A stretch of 64,000 bases of DNA, from the NCBI GenBank assembly GCA_963845145.1, contig CAWJQU010000005.1, forward strand, positions 1,323,434 through 1,387,433, given 5' to 3'. Below are positions 34,051-45,989 of this stretch, piece after piece (positions within the stretch are counted from its first letter, which is position 1; the number at the start of each line of letters is the position of its first letter). The notes below the pieces were generated by a model, which worked only from the letters and a program-made list of their open reading frames with translations, did not search any database and was not told the DNA's origin. This DNA is from an uncultured delta proteobacterium (lineage in GTDB: Bacteria; Desulfobacterota; Desulfobacteria; Desulfobacterales; QNYZ01). A program made the translations under genes and the position numbers.

Positions 34051-34641
34051 TTACTCCCCATTTTGCGGGTCGGTGTTTTCCAGGCGGCACACGGTTGTGT
34101 CACAGGGGCAAGCACCGTCGATTTCGTAGCAATATACAATTCGAGCGGCCATTTCCTGTTTTTTGGGTGGCACCGGTGCAAATGAAAAGGTGTTGATGGT
34201 GCGGACCAATTCCGGTCGGCCTGGAATTTGATTGAGCCCTTTTGCCATGACCTTTTCCGAGGCCGTATCGAGAACCTCGGCATCCTCGCCATTGGTGACA
34301 ACCACAATCGGCACCCGGTAATCTGCAATCAGATGGGCAATAGCTACTGTCGGTGTATGTCGGGTCGTCAGGGATCCGGGACCATATTTAATAAGCATGC
34401 CGACCTTATGGTCAATTGTGATGATAAAATCAACAGGGACGGAGGCTTTTTGATGCCCGGCCGAAATAACCAGCTGTCGGCGAGGGGTAATCTCAGATTT
34501 TGTGTATTCCAGGGAATCGATCAACAAGCGGGCAATCTTTTGGCGGTAACGCTCATCATGGGTATCCTCGATAATATTGCCGGTAAGATAGTCGATGGTT
34601 TTACCGAGTATGAGATGATGTCCGTCCATGGTTGCCTTCAC
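34051..34641 (-). CDS. HsdR N-terminal-like (restriction endonuclease fold) domain protein
   Basis: DERYRQKIARLL, PVDFII and VVTNGE pattern. Confidence 0.6.
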   Translation of the reverse strand: MKATMDGHHLILGKTIDYLTGNIIEDTHDERYRQKIARLLIDSLEYTKSEITPRRQLVISAGHQKASVPVDFIITIDHKVGMLIKYGPGSLTTRHTPTVAIAHLIADYRVPIVVVTNGEDAEVLDTASEKVMAKGLNQIPGRPELVRTINTFSFAPVPPKKQEMAARIVYCYEIDGACPCDTTVCRLENTDPQNGE

Positions 34642-34668
34642 CGCCGATCATGGGTATGGTACGGTCTT

Positions 34669-34763
34669 GATCATAATGAGATCCTGATCATAATGAGATC
34701 TGGATCATAGTGAGATCCCGATCATAGTTAAGATCCGGGTCATAATGGGATCCGGACGCATAG
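34669..34763. repeat. 17-bp tandem repeat (about 5.5 copies, consensus GATCATAATGAGATCCN)
   Basis: Directly visible between divergent genes. Confidence 0.85.
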
Positions 34764-34853
34764 CCTTTAAATAACCACTAAATCATTGCTAATTTAAGAC
34801 CGACAACCCTTTATGTAAAGACTTATAAAAACGAGGTTTAGTCAGCGCCTATC

Positions 34854-35909
34854 ATGTCGATTCGAGAAAATTTTCAAAAAAGAGAAAAAGGATTCATGTC
34901 GCCTTTTGGTTGTCTCTCTTCCCAATCGAAAGGGCGGGTTCGGTCTGAGCCTGAATGCCCGGTACGAACGGTTTTTCAACGGGATCGTGATCGAATTCTT
35001 TATTCCAATGCATTCAGACGGCTCAAGCACAAAACCCAGGTTTTTTTATCACCCCTGGGGGATCAATATCGTACCCGGTTGACGCATACCCTGGAAGTCG
35101 CTCAGATTGCGCGCACCATTGCCCGTGCCATGCGTCTGAACGAAGACCTGGCCGAAGCGATTGCGCTGGGGCACGACCTGGGGCACACGCCGTTTGGACA
35201 CGGTGGTGAGACGGCTTTAAAGGAGATCCATAAGCCCGGCTTTACCCATACGGAACAGAGCCTGCGGGTGGTCAACGTGTTGGAAAAAAATGGACAGGGT
35301 TTGAATTTAACCAAAGAGGTTCAAGACGGTATCCGCAAACATTCCAAAGGGTACGGCAAGATAATCCCTGAAAATGCAGATGAGCTGGCCGAGACTTATG
35401 AGGGCCGGATTGTGCGGATTGCCGATATTATGGCCTATTTGAATCATGACCTGGATGATGCCATTCGAAGCAGGGTCATTTCCGAGGAACAAATTCCCGA
35501 AAAATGTATTCATCAACTGGGCCGCCGTCATGCCGAACGTGCCACAACCATGGTTCATGATCTCATTTTTACCAGTTCAGAGAAAAACGGTGAACTCATT
35601 TTGAGCATGTCCGATGAGGTCTACAATGCCATGACGGATCTGCGACAGTTTTTATATGACCATGTCTATCGATCGCCACAGGTTCACCGGGAGTTTGTTA
35701 AGGCCAAGAAAATTTTAAGCGAACTTTACACCTATTATTTAAATAATGGCGATAGCCTGGCGCGGGAAATGGGAAAAATGGACATGGATGTCCTTCATTC
35801 CCAAACGCACGACCGCGAACAGACGGTTTGCGACTTTATTGCCAGCCTTACCGATCGACACGCATTAGAGCTGTATGCACACCTTTTCTTTCCCACACCA
35901 ATGGTCTGA
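34854..35909 (+). CDS. dgt: Deoxyguanosinetriphosphate triphosphohydrolase (dGTPase-like)
   Basis: FQRDRDRI, FRRLKHKTQV, RTRLTHTLEV and GHDLGHTPFGH motifs. Confidence 0.93.
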   Translation: MSIRENFQKREKGFMSPFGCLSSQSKGRVRSEPECPVRTVFQRDRDRILYSNAFRRLKHKTQVFLSPLGDQYRTRLTHTLEVAQIARTIARAMRLNEDLAEAIALGHDLGHTPFGHGGETALKEIHKPGFTHTEQSLRVVNVLEKNGQGLNLTKEVQDGIRKHSKGYGKIIPENADELAETYEGRIVRIADIMAYLNHDLDDAIRSRVISEEQIPEKCIHQLGRRHAERATTMVHDLIFTSSEKNGELILSMSDEVYNAMTDLRQFLYDHVYRSPQVHREFVKAKKILSELYTYYLNNGDSLAREMGKMDMDVLHSQTHDREQTVCDFIASLTDRHALELYAHLFFPTPMV

Positions 35910-35911
35910 TC

Positions 35912-36538
35912 ATGGTTTTATTGCCATTTAGCCCCGACCAAAGGGCCTATAAGCCGTATTTGATAGCGTTGGAAAATCTCTTTGCCGATATGGATAGCGC
36001 CTATGAAGCGGCGGCAACCCAATATGGTTTTCGTTGCAGGGGCTGTGATGATAATTGCTGTCGATCCAGCTTTCACCACCATACCCTTTTAGAATATCTC
36101 TATCTCTCCAAGGGCTTGGCACTGCTTCCGAGTGGGTTAAAAGGCCGGATTTTGGCACAAGCGCGCCTTATTACGGAATCAGAGCAACAACCAAAGACGA
36201 TGTGTCCGGCAAATGAGGATGGGGGCTGTCTGGTATACGCGTTTCGGCCTATGATTTGCCGCTTGCACGGTATTCCTCATATATTTACAGGGGCCAATCG
36301 TTTGATTCAAAAAGGTTCCGGTTGCCACGTTTTTGAACGTGACCATGGAAACCTGACGAATGACGGCCTCGATCGAACCGCCATTTACCGGCGCATGGCA
36401 TTTTTGGAAAAAGAGCTGCGCCAGCAGGTCTCGTTTGAGGGGCGCATTCACCTGACGGTGGCGCAAATCGTTATACACAGCCTAAGTGAGGCGGGGCTCT
36501 CCGATATCGGGGGCTCACCCGCCCCGGCCTCGGGATAG
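35912..36538 (+). CDS. YkgJ family cysteine-cluster protein
   Basis: CRGCDDNCC and CPAN...CLVYAFRPMICR. Confidence 0.8.
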   Translation: MVLLPFSPDQRAYKPYLIALENLFADMDSAYEAAATQYGFRCRGCDDNCCRSSFHHHTLLEYLYLSKGLALLPSGLKGRILAQARLITESEQQPKTMCPANEDGGCLVYAFRPMICRLHGIPHIFTGANRLIQKGSGCHVFERDHGNLTNDGLDRTAIYRRMAFLEKELRQQVSFEGRIHLTVAQIVIHSLSEAGLSDIGGSPAPASG

Positions 36539-36548
36539 AATAAATCAG

Positions 36549-37334
36549 ATGAAAATAATTGCTCCCGAAGATATGGATACGCTTGACGGACGTCGGTTGG
36601 ACCCTGATGACCGTTTTTGCTTTCAATGCCATTCCAAATTACCCTGTTTCAACCGGTGCTGCCGCAATCTCAAGCTGATTCTATACCCTTACGATGTTCT
36701 TCGATTAAAAAACCATCTGGAGATTTCATCGGAACGGTTTATCGACGATTATGTGGATGTTGTTTTACGTAAAGGTGAATATTTTCCTGAAGTTTTGCTC
36801 CGCATGGCGGGCGACGAGGAACAAAGCTGCCCCTTTCTCTCCGGCGAGGGGTGTACGGTGTATTCTGATAGACCGGATACGTGTCGTACATTTCCTGTTG
36901 AGCAAGGGGCTTTTTTTGACGGCAACGCCGGCCAGGCAACCCCGGTTTTTTATTTACGCCCCCCCCATTTTTGTCTGGGACCGAACGAGCCCACATCATG
37001 GACCGCCGCTGCCTGGGCAAAGGACCAGGAAACGGAGCCGTATCAGCGCATGACCCGTCGCTGGTCTGAGATTCGACGGCGGTTGGCGTCCGATCCGTGG
37101 GGCCAAAAAGGCCCCCAAAGTACGCCTGCTAAAATGACCTTTATGGCTGTCTATAATACTGAACGTTTTCGGGAATTTATCTTTAAGAGTAGTTTTTTAA
37201 AACGATACAAGGTGAAGTCGGTGTTGCTAAAGAAACTACGGCACAATGATGACGCCTTGCTATCTTTTGGTTTCGATTGGGTCAATCTTAATTTATGGCG
37301 GATTCCCACAAAAAAGATTCGCCTTAAGAAATAA
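36549..37334 (+). CDS. YkgJ family cysteine-cluster protein
   Basis: CHSKLPCFNRCC and CPFL...CTVYSDRPDTCRTFP. Confidence 0.85.
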   Translation: MKIIAPEDMDTLDGRRLDPDDRFCFQCHSKLPCFNRCCRNLKLILYPYDVLRLKNHLEISSERFIDDYVDVVLRKGEYFPEVLLRMAGDEEQSCPFLSGEGCTVYSDRPDTCRTFPVEQGAFFDGNAGQATPVFYLRPPHFCLGPNEPTSWTAAAWAKDQETEPYQRMTRRWSEIRRRLASDPWGQKGPQSTPAKMTFMAVYNTERFREFIFKSSFLKRYKVKSVLLKKLRHNDDALLSFGFDWVNLNLWRIPTKKIRLKK

Positions 37335-37373
37335 AAAAACAGGGCGGACTATCAGATCGCCGCTGACACCATC

Positions 37374-40337
37374 TCAAGCAGACTTTTTTTCCCCTTCATC
37401 CAATGTGGTTCGAATCGTGTCCAGCATCAATTGGATTTCATAGGGTTTGTCGATAAACGCATTGATGCCTTCGTCTTTAATCTCTTTTGCCGATACGGCA
37501 TAGCCACTCGACATAATAACGCGTATTTCCGGGTTAATCTCTTTAAGCTTTTTAAAGCATTTGCGGCCATCCATTTCCGGCATAATTAAATCCAGAATCA
37601 CGAGATCAATGTCATCTTGTTTCGCCTGGTAAAGGGCCAGGGCTTCGATGCCGTTGGCGGCGGTTATCACCGAATATCCGTATTGTGCAAGAAGGGTGAC
37701 ACCTAACGTGCGTATCCGTTCTTCGTCATCCACCAGTAAAATGGTTTCGGAACCCATCGACTTTTCTTCGTTCTTTTCGTCATTTTGATCTGTTGTTGAT
37801 GCTTGTGAGGGGATGATACCGGGAGGATAATCTATGGAGGAGGCCATACTTGTGGCCTGCTTGGCCGCAGGAAAATATATTCTAAATGTCGTGCCAACGC
37901 CAATTTCGCTATAGCAGGTGATATAACCACCCGCATCCTGAACGATACCGTAAACAATTGACATCCCCAACCCGGTCCCCTTGCCGGTGGATTTTGTTGT
38001 GAAAAAAGGTTCGAAGATGTGTTTGATGGTATCCTCATCCATACCAAAACCGGTGTCTGTAACGCTCAGGCGAACATAATCACCCGGCTTAGCCTCAAGA
38101 TATTTTTTGCTGGAAAGTTCATCTAAGAATACGTTTTTGGTTTCGATGACAAGCTTGCCCCCTTCAGGCATGGCATCCCGGGCGTTAACGCCTAAATTTA
38201 AAATCACCTGTTGAATTCGGCCCGGGTCTGCATTAATCATTTTAAGGTCATCGGCCAGGTAAAGGGTCGTTTTAATGGAGTTGGGAATGGTCCGCGTCAG
38301 CAGCCGGTAGCCCTGCTCAACTTCACCCGTTAAATCCATGGGCAACGTCGTACTTTCTGTTTTTCGGCTGAAGGTGAGGAGCTGATCGGTAAGATCCGAT
38401 GCTCTTTGGGATGCGTTCTTGATTTCGCGGAGTTGTTTCAAATCAGGGTCGTTTTCACTTTTCAAACTTAAAAGCAGTTCCGTGTAGCCATGAATCACTT
38501 GCAGAAGATTATTGAAGTCATGGGCAACCCCTCCGGCAAGCGTGCCGATGGCCTCCATTTTTTGGGCGTGCAGGAGTTGGGCCTCAAGCTGTTTTTTTTC
38601 GCTCTCTGCCCTTAATTGATCAGTAATATCAAGGAGCTGAACCACCGCTTTTTGGTTTCCGTGTGGGTCTGTGATGGTGGTAAAACGAATGCTGCCGTGT
38701 CTATCTTCGCCATCTTTTCGGGTAAACCCAAAACTTTCCTGATTCTTATGGTTGATTTTAGGTTCCGGGTTGGATCTAAACAGCGAAATGGTTTCAGGAA
38801 GAAATTCACTGAACGGGTTGCCCTCGATTTCATCTCGAGAATACCCCAATATTCGACACAATTGGGTATTGACATAAACAATGAGGCGTTGTTCGTCGAT
38901 AATCATAATTCCGTCATGGGAGCTTTCGACCACGGATCGATAGCGCTGTTCACTTTCACGTAAGGCCTGTTCGGCCTCTTTGCGACTGCGAATATCGCGG
39001 GCAACATTGAGGATAACGTTTTGCCCCCTGTACGTGATGGCCCTGGCTTTTATTTCAACCGAAATCGGGGTGCCATCCCTGCCGATATGATCCGTTTCGA
39101 TCGTTGCCTGGCGCTGGGTTTGGGCTGGGTCGGCATTCAAAAGGTTGCGAAGGGTGCTGACATCTTTTTTCGGCAAGATGGCGTCATGCGGAATGTTCAG
39201 GGGGGTCTCAACCGAATAGCCGAGTTGAACGCGGGTGGCTTCATTCGATTGAATGATGTTTCCCCTGTCATCGACGAGATAAACGGCATCGTCCACATTT
39301 TCCATTAACTCGGTATACCGTGTTTTTTCCTCCATATCTTTTAATTTGACCAACATATCATTGAATACCTGGGCCAGGCGTTGAAATTCAATGTAATCGC
39401 CATTGGTGTTGTTAAATGTGATTCCCTTGGCACCCCTGGAAATATGGTAGGCTCTATTTGCCATCTCGCTTAAGGGGCCGGCCAGGCGTTTGCCCAGAAT
39501 AATGGAAAAAAAGACAGAAACGGTTAACACCGCTAGGGCGAACAGGCCAATAAATAAGGCAATGTTTCTCTTCTCGACGATCAGGCCTTTTCGAGAAGAA
39601 GAAAAATAAATATTCGGAAAACCTTCCAATGAAATAAGCACTAAATCAGAATCAAACTGAATGAACTCCGAGTGCTTGGAATAGGCCTTTGATAAAGGTG
39701 CGCTTAAGGGAACAACCGTTTCACTAAAAAGCCCGATTAGTTTATCGGGCTGTGACACAAAAATATCGTTGGTAACGGCTTGTTCGAAGGTATGTGCCAA
39801 CCCGATATCTTGCATCATATCGTATAGTGCGAACGCCGCGCCCATGCGTCCCTCATTGTGCATGATCGGTGCTTCAAGCCACCAAAGGAGTCTTTTTTTA
39901 CCTTCTTCTTCAACAAATTTACTTGTAAATGGCTCTATTGGCGCTCGTTTGAGAATTTGAGGCAATATGGTGTGGCGTTTTTCGGGATACAGATAGTCGA
40001 ACCCCCTTTTTTTAATGTAATACGATACCCCTGATATTTCCGAGTGAAGCGAATCCGCCATTTCCTCTAATTGGGCGGTATCATCCATCATTATTGTCAC
40101 CCGAAGAGAGTTGTCGGTGGCCAGCGTGGCGACCTGTTGCCTGATATCCTCGATTCGGGTGCCCAAAATAGTTTCGGCCTGGCCCTTTTGGGCCAATATT
40201 TTTTTCCTGAATTCAGCATCCAGCCGCTGTCCGAGATAGATGAACAATACAACGGAAATCAATATCACCGAACCGGTCACAAGAATGACCACCGAGGTCA
40301 TCAAGTGAGTTGAAAATAAAACCCGTTTTTTACGCAT
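37374..40337 (-). CDS. Hybrid sensor histidine kinase (HAMP-PAS-PAS-HisKA-HATPase-REC)
   Basis: [24 protein letters not shown] and LLVDDE...DLIMP motifs. Confidence 0.93.
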   Translation of the reverse strand: MRKKRVLFSTHLMTSVVILVTGSVILISVVLFIYLGQRLDAEFRKKILAQKGQAETILGTRIEDIRQQVATLATDNSLRVTIMMDDTAQLEEMADSLHSEISGVSYYIKKRGFDYLYPEKRHTILPQILKRAPIEPFTSKFVEEEGKKRLLWWLEAPIMHNEGRMGAAFALYDMMQDIGLAHTFEQAVTNDIFVSQPDKLIGLFSETVVPLSAPLSKAYSKHSEFIQFDSDLVLISLEGFPNIYFSSSRKGLIVEKRNIALFIGLFALAVLTVSVFFSIILGKRLAGPLSEMANRAYHISRGAKGITFNNTNGDYIEFQRLAQVFNDMLVKLKDMEEKTRYTELMENVDDAVYLVDDRGNIIQSNEATRVQLGYSVETPLNIPHDAILPKKDVSTLRNLLNADPAQTQRQATIETDHIGRDGTPISVEIKARAITYRGQNVILNVARDIRSRKEAEQALRESEQRYRSVVESSHDGIMIIDEQRLIVYVNTQLCRILGYSRDEIEGNPFSEFLPETISLFRSNPEPKINHKNQESFGFTRKDGEDRHGSIRFTTITDPHGNQKAVVQLLDITDQLRAESEKKQLEAQLLHAQKMEAIGTLAGGVAHDFNNLLQVIHGYTELLLSLKSENDPDLKQLREIKNASQRASDLTDQLLTFSRKTESTTLPMDLTGEVEQGYRLLTRTIPNSIKTTLYLADDLKMINADPGRIQQVILNLGVNARDAMPEGGKLVIETKNVFLDELSSKKYLEAKPGDYVRLSVTDTGFGMDEDTIKHIFEPFFTTKSTGKGTGLGMSIVYGIVQDAGGYITCYSEIGVGTTFRIYFPAAKQATSMASSIDYPPGIIPSQASTTDQNDEKNEEKSMGSETILLVDDEERIRTLGVTLLAQYGYSVITAANGIEALALYQAKQDDIDLVILDLIMPEMDGRKCFKKLKEINPEIRVIMSSGYAVSAKEIKDEGINAFIDKPYEIQLMLDTIRTTLDEGEKKSA

Positions 40338-40423
40338 CGAAGTACCCTGCTGTCTATAAAAATGTTATATATCTATACGTTAGTTGTTTTGGGGTATGGG
40401 TGCATTTTGAGGCGGCTGTCTGT

Positions 40424-41272
40424 TTAGTTCGTATAATAGAGGACCAGTTCAATCCTTCGGTTTTGAAGACGCCCCGATTCCGTTTCATTGGTGGCAACGG
40501 GCCGGTTGGCGCCGTATGCAACCGCCGAAAGTTTTGAAGGATCTAATCCAATTGATTCAAGAAATCGAATCACCACAATTGCTCGTGCCGCGGACAGTTC
40601 CCAATTGCTGGAGTGGTCATTTTTATGGGGGTGATTATCGGTATGACCTTCAACCCGAATATGCTGATCTTGATTCTCTTTTACCGAGGCTGCGATTTTG
40701 CGTAGAACCTTTTCTCCACGGGCGTTGATCATCATACTGCCCGGATCAAAAAGAATGGTGTCCTGAATGACCATTCTTAAGCGATTTTTAGTGGTCTCAA
40801 TTTCAAATAGTTTTTTGGCGATCTGCTCCTTCAGACTTGTTTCAATGGTTTTTTTTGTATCGTCCAGGACGCGAATAACATCTTCCTGTATCTCGATAAT
40901 TGAATCTCTTTTTTTGATTTCAATCTTTAAGTTATTTATTTTATTGGATAAATTGGCATTTATTTTTTCCAGCTCTTTATGGCGGGCTTTGAGGTTTTGA
41001 GCCTCCTTTTGGCTTGGGGGCAAATCCTGTCCTTCGGTACATGTCCGATTATCCAATTTTAATTTGCGGATTTGTTGAAGGTGTTGTTTTTGGTCACGCG
41101 TTAATTGGGCTATATTGCGGGCGGAATTTTCAAGTTCTTTTTCACATTGGACCAGTTTAGCCACGGTTGCTTCAAGGTCGGCATTTTGAGAAAAGTGGCC
41201 TTTTTTGAATATACAGGCGGATGGCAAAAGGAACATAAAACACATGCTTATTAAGAGGTGTTTGCGGAACAT
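40424..41272 (-). CDS. OmpA/MotB family protein
   Basis: VEGHTDN, NWELSAARA and NRRIE; coiled-coil N-terminus. Confidence 0.88.
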   Translation of the reverse strand: MFRKHLLISMCFMFLLPSACIFKKGHFSQNADLEATVAKLVQCEKELENSARNIAQLTRDQKQHLQQIRKLKLDNRTCTEGQDLPPSQKEAQNLKARHKELEKINANLSNKINNLKIEIKKRDSIIEIQEDVIRVLDDTKKTIETSLKEQIAKKLFEIETTKNRLRMVIQDTILFDPGSMMINARGEKVLRKIAASVKENQDQHIRVEGHTDNHPHKNDHSSNWELSAARAIVVIRFLESIGLDPSKLSAVAYGANRPVATNETESGRLQNRRIELVLYYTN

Positions 41273-41294
41273 ACCAGGCGCTCCTTCAGGCCAT

Positions 41295-42326
41295 TTAAGA
41301 ATTGTTGTAAGGCGGTGAGATATTTAGATCTTTTATCTTGTATAGCAGGGTTTTATAGCTGATGCCCAGAATTTTTGCCGCCTTGCTTTTATTGCCACCG
41401 GTTTGTTCAATAACCGAGAAAATCACCTCTTTTTCCACGATATTGAGAGCCTTTTTACGGACCTTTTTTAAAGGTAGCGTGCGGTTATTCTTTAAATAGC
41501 GTGTTTCAAAGTCTAAAATTTTATTAATAAACGATGAATTAAAAATGCGTTCGGTATCGAGTTCCACATTTTCCCGAGGTAAATTGGGATTATTGAGCTG
41601 CGCGATCACTTTCTCGCTTTCTCCCAGAACCAGAATCCGCTTCAGTACATTCTGCAACTCCCGAACATTGCCGGGCCAGGAGTGGGCGCAAAGCGCTTTG
41701 ATCGTCTCTTCATCCAGCGTTTCTTCACTTACGTATCTTGAGGCATAACGCTTGGTATAATAGCCAATGAGCTCGGGAACGTCCTCGGGACGCTCCCGAA
41801 GCGGGGGAATGTAAATACTGATTGTATTCAGGCGATAGTATAAATCCTCTCGAAACCGTTGTTCTGCGATTTGGCGCTCAAGTTCCTGGTTGGTGGTCGC
41901 AATGACCCAGGTGTCGATGGTTACTTCCCTTTCGGATCCCAATGGGATAATTTCGCCGCTTTGCAAGGCCCTCAACAGCTTGGCCTGTAACGAAAAGGGC
42001 ATGTCCCCGATCTCGTCCAACAGCAAGGTCCCGTTGTGGGCTAATTCGAATTTTCCCCGCTTCCGTTTCACCGCCCCGGTAAAGGCGCCCCGGTCGTGAC
42101 CGAACAGTTCACTCTCCAAAAGTGTTTCCGGCAGGGCCGCACAATTGATTTTAACAAACGGTTTACCGGCTCGTGGGGATTGTTGATAGAGTTGATGGGC
42201 CACCACCTCCTTGCCCACCCCGCTCTCTCCGGTGATGACCACATTCAGCCCGGTGTGCGCTACCCGCGAAATAAGCTCCTTGATCTTTAATATCTCTTTG
42301 CTGACTCCGATTAGTGGGACCGGCAT
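41295..42326 (-). CDS. Sigma-54 enhancer-binding protein (no receiver domain)
   Basis: GESGVGKE, ESELFGH, GAFTGA, LDEIGDM and Fis-type HTH. Confidence 0.93.
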   Translation of the reverse strand: MPVPLIGVSKEILKIKELISRVAHTGLNVVITGESGVGKEVVAHQLYQQSPRAGKPFVKINCAALPETLLESELFGHDRGAFTGAVKRKRGKFELAHNGTLLLDEIGDMPFSLQAKLLRALQSGEIIPLGSEREVTIDTWVIATTNQELERQIAEQRFREDLYYRLNTISIYIPPLRERPEDVPELIGYYTKRYASRYVSEETLDEETIKALCAHSWPGNVRELQNVLKRILVLGESEKVIAQLNNPNLPRENVELDTERIFNSSFINKILDFETRYLKNNRTLPLKKVRKKALNIVEKEVIFSVIEQTGGNKSKAAKILGISYKTLLYKIKDLNISPPYNNS

Positions 42327-42368
42327 CCGTAACTCCTTAACAAAAGATGGGGCGTTTGGCGCATGGGT

Positions 42369-42740
42369 CTAAACTGGTAGCAAGCTGATTATCATTTTAT
42401 CAAGGTCTGTCAGCTCAAACGGTTTTTGCAATATGGCATCGGCCTTGGCTTCCAGGGACAATTTTTCGGGCTCTTGGCCCTTACCGGTGATCGCAATAAT
42501 CGGGATTTGGGGGTGCTCCTTTTTTAGGATAGAAATCAATCCAATACCGCTTATTTCAGGCATAACCAGATCGGTAATGATCAGGTCGAAATCGTTTTCC
42601 GTGGATTCAATCCGTTTTAAGCCATCTAGACTGTTGGTCACACAAACCACATGATAATTATTGTTCGACAGAAAATTTTCCAACAGATTCAGAATGCTTT
42701 GGTCATCATCGATAATCAGAAGTCGGTGTGACGATTTCAT
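42369..42740 (-). CDS. Single-domain response regulator
   Basis: LIIDDD, DLVMP and KPF motifs. Confidence 0.9.
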   Translation of the reverse strand: MKSSHRLLIIDDDQSILNLLENFLSNNNYHVVCVTNSLDGLKRIESTENDFDLIITDLVMPEISGIGLISILKKEHPQIPIIAITGKGQEPEKLSLEAKADAILQKPFELTDLDKMIISLLPV

Positions 42741-43022
42741 CGGTCTTTCCTCCGATTGCTATATTAAAAAATATTAACAAAATTTTATACCATATTTAGA
42801 CCATTGGCGACAATGAAATTATTGTTACAGTTTTGCTGTAATAAAATCTATATAATGGGAAATTAACTTCCTTTTTTTCGTAAGGATCGATTGGCTATCG
42901 GCCGCAGTGGGGTGTTTTTTCTGTGACCGTCATAAAAAATTTTTGAATATTATCAATAAACGTTGTTGGTTATCTAATATTTTGCGCTCTCTATATACCC
43001 TTTGCCTCAAATGCCAACAATA

Positions 43023-43038
43023 TGGAATAGGTCTTGCA
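43023..43038 (+). promoter_or_regulatory. Putative sigma-54 (-24/-12) promoter of the EPS locus
   Basis: TGGAATAGGTCTTGCA matches TGGCAC-N5-TTGCA with correct GG/GC spacing. Confidence 0.6.
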
Positions 43039-43181
43039 TCATCCATCAGTCATTTACTATAGTTGGGTAGAATTCTCTAATATATGGGAAATGTTTTTCT
43101 CACATAGGGTTGAATAGAGGGTTCGCAAACCTCGGGAACAGGGCCAATACCATGCAGCTGCCCGGTAAGAGTCTGTAAAAT

Positions 43182-44565
43182 ATGGATAATCTAATTAATA
43201 AAAGAATTGTTATCCTCGAAGAAGATCATTACCGTATAGATCGTTTAAAAACGGCTGTTGAAGAAATGGGCCACCTGGCCTTTGTTTTTGATAAGGAAGC
43301 CACTTTTTTTAACAATTTTCGTCCCATAGATGCGGATCTGATCATTTTTCAATCGGCATCGATTGAGAGAGTATCAAGAATATTGAACACGATCATATTC
43401 CTGGACTACCTCAAGCCCATTATAATATTTTCCAACAATTCCGACGCCCAATAATTCCGACCCAAATAAATCCGAAATAGACACATTGATTGCATCCACA
43501 TTGGGTATTCAAGCCCATGTTCTGAGCCCGGATTACCAGGCCTCGGAAATTAAATCGAAAATTACCGCCCTTTTACATGAACCGGTTGCGCCAATACCCG
43601 AAGGTTCCTTCCCGATTATTGTCGGAAACACGCCGGAGATCATTGGTTTGCGAAAAACGATAGCCGGACTGGCCTTAAATAATGATTCGGTTCTGATCCA
43701 AGGGGAAAAAGGAACCGGCAAAGAATTGTTGGCAAAAGGTATCCATTTTGCCTCAACCAAAAGCGACCATTCTTTCGTAAAAACCAATCTATCCCAGCAG
43801 CTATTTGAGTCCAATCAAGATGATTCGAAAAAGTTTCCCATTGAAATAAAAAAAATAATTCCAAGCTTGGGGAGTGCAATCGAAACAAGTAAGGGTGGCG
43901 CCACAATATTTTTTGAAGACATCGACACCATTCCCATATCTTTTCAAGGGGTGCTGTTACAATGTTTTGAGGGTGATCTGCCGGCGAATGTCCGGGTAAT
44001 CGCTTCGAGTAATTCTAAGATCGACCCACTTGTAACCAAGGGAACCTTCAGAAAGGACCTCTATTTTCGCTTGAATGTGATTAAAATGGATATCCCCCCG
44101 CTTCGAGAAAGAAAAATGGATATTCCGCTATTAACCGACTTTTTCATCAATAAGTATTGTATCGAATCCGGCATTTGCCATCTTCAAATTTCACCCAGGG
44201 TCAAAAAGGCGCTAACCGAATATCACTGGCCCACTAATGTAGAAGAGTTGGAAACGTTCATCGCTTCAAAAAACCTCATCAATAGTGAAGAGCTGATATT
44301 AAATCAAATCTATGCACTGGCTGCGGAAAACAGGACCCGTATTCATGATATACAGGGTGTCGGTTCTTTTACGACAGGCATGAATAAGGGAAAGGACAGG
44401 GTTTCATTAAAAGAGATTTCCAAACGATTTTCCAGTCGCATTGAAACGGAAATTTTAAAACTGGTGCTCGAGAAAACCAATTGGAATCGGAAACAGGCGG
44501 CGGAAACGCTTGCGATCAGTTATAAGTCGCTGTTGAATAAGATCAAAGCCTATAATTTGAATTAA
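43182..44565 (+). CDS. Degenerate sigma-54-activator-like regulator (REC-like + AAA + HTH), frameshift near 43449
   Basis: GEKGTGKE and FRKDLYFRLNV present, GAFTGA absent; two ORFs are joined by removing one base. Confidence 0.75.
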
Positions 44566-44788
44566 AAACAAGTGTTTATGTATAAAGATGCTAAAAATAA
44601 GGACAACGGAAGGCTCCATTTTTTTTAATCAGGCTCTGCTATTTAAGCAAGTCTGATCTATAAGTAAGTTTAACCAGATGGTTCGATGATACATCATTCA
44701 TCGCTCAATATGCACAAAAAACTTGAATTGATTCATAGCTGGAGCATGTAATCCACAGAGCGGAGCTATATCTAAAACCCGAGGCACC

Positions 44789-45776
44789 ATGTACTTATCC
44801 TTTTATGAGTTAGATAAAAAACCATTTGAGATCACAACGGATCCTGAGTTCCTGTGGCTTAGTGAGAAACACAAAGAGTCCCTGGCCATTTTGCAATACG
44901 GCATCATGGAAAACAAAGGGTGCCTTTTATTGACCGGCGATGTGGGTACCGGGAAGACGACCCTGATCCATGCCCTGGGAAAGATATTAGGGGACGATGT
45001 GGTCATGGCCACGATATATGACCCCTGCATGGAGATCGTCGATTTTTTCAACCATTTGGCCGAAGCCTTCAAGATGAATATGCGGTTTGATTCTAAAGGC
45101 TCGTTTATAAAGCATTTTAACAACTTTTTGAACACCAACTTTGTCCAAAACAAAAAGACCCTCCTGGTGATTGATGAAGCCCAACGAGCGACACCGGAGA
45201 TCTTGGAAGAGTTGCGCCATCTTTCTAACATGGAGAAGCATTATACCAAATTGCTTAACATTTTCTTCGTCGGACAAAACGAATTTATCGGCATGATAAA
45301 GGGGACGGAATTTCGAGCCCTACGTCAAAGAATTATCCTCAATTATCACATGGGGGCCTTTACGCTTAAAGAAACCGGCGAATATATCCGAGCATCGTCT
45401 TCAAGTGGCCGGTGCTAAAAAGGTTCTTTTTAACGACGAGGCGGTTACCTCTATCCATAAATTTTCTAGTGGATATCCCCGGCTCATCAATATCGTTTGC
45501 GATCTGGCCCTGGTTAATGGTTTTGTTGACGAGGCCAAAATCATCAAACCAAAAATAATTAATGATTGTGCGGAAAATCTGAAGATTCACAATAATTTTA
45601 ACCCTGACAATAGAGCCGAAAATCAACAAATCGAACAAAGCGTTAGCAGCATTAAGAAAAGCCCCGTTGAACAGGATACACGCCATGACAAAAGGTCAGG
45701 CAAATGGGTCTTCGCTTTTTTTGGTGCAACGGTGCTCTTGTTAGCTGCGACCGGATATATCTATTACTGGGGATAA
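44789..45776 (+). CDS. ExeA/GspA-like AAA ATPase of PEP-CTERM loci (frameshift near 45390)
   Basis: MYLSFYELDKKPF, GDVGTGKT, IDEAQ, ALRQRI and SGYPRLINIVCD motifs. Confidence 0.85.
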
Positions 45777-45881
45777 GGCCATGAAAAATTAGAGTTCAAA
45801 GTGCCGCAAATCTCTCATGATGAGAAAGTACATATTGTACACCGCAATCAAAACAAAGAAATACGATGACGTAAAAAACTC

Positions 45882-45961
45882 ACCGCTGAGCACGCAGAGT
45901 GCGCAAAGAAATGATAACGTTAAAGGTTCATGCCCCCTGCGATCTCCGCGAACTCCGCGGT
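45882..45961. repeat. Solo B-type (9-bp period) hairpin repeat
   Basis: ACCGCTGAGCACGCAGAGTGCGCAAAG ... CTGCGATCTCCGCGAACTCCGCGGT; same family as the 54.6-62.5 kb repeats. Confidence 0.8.
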
Positions 45962-45989
45962 TTAATATTTAAGCACTAAGGTTAATATC

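Noticed and set aside
34051..34641. Type I restriction-modification system
   Set aside because: Only a small stand-alone HsdR-N-like domain; no hsdM, hsdS or helicase nearby.
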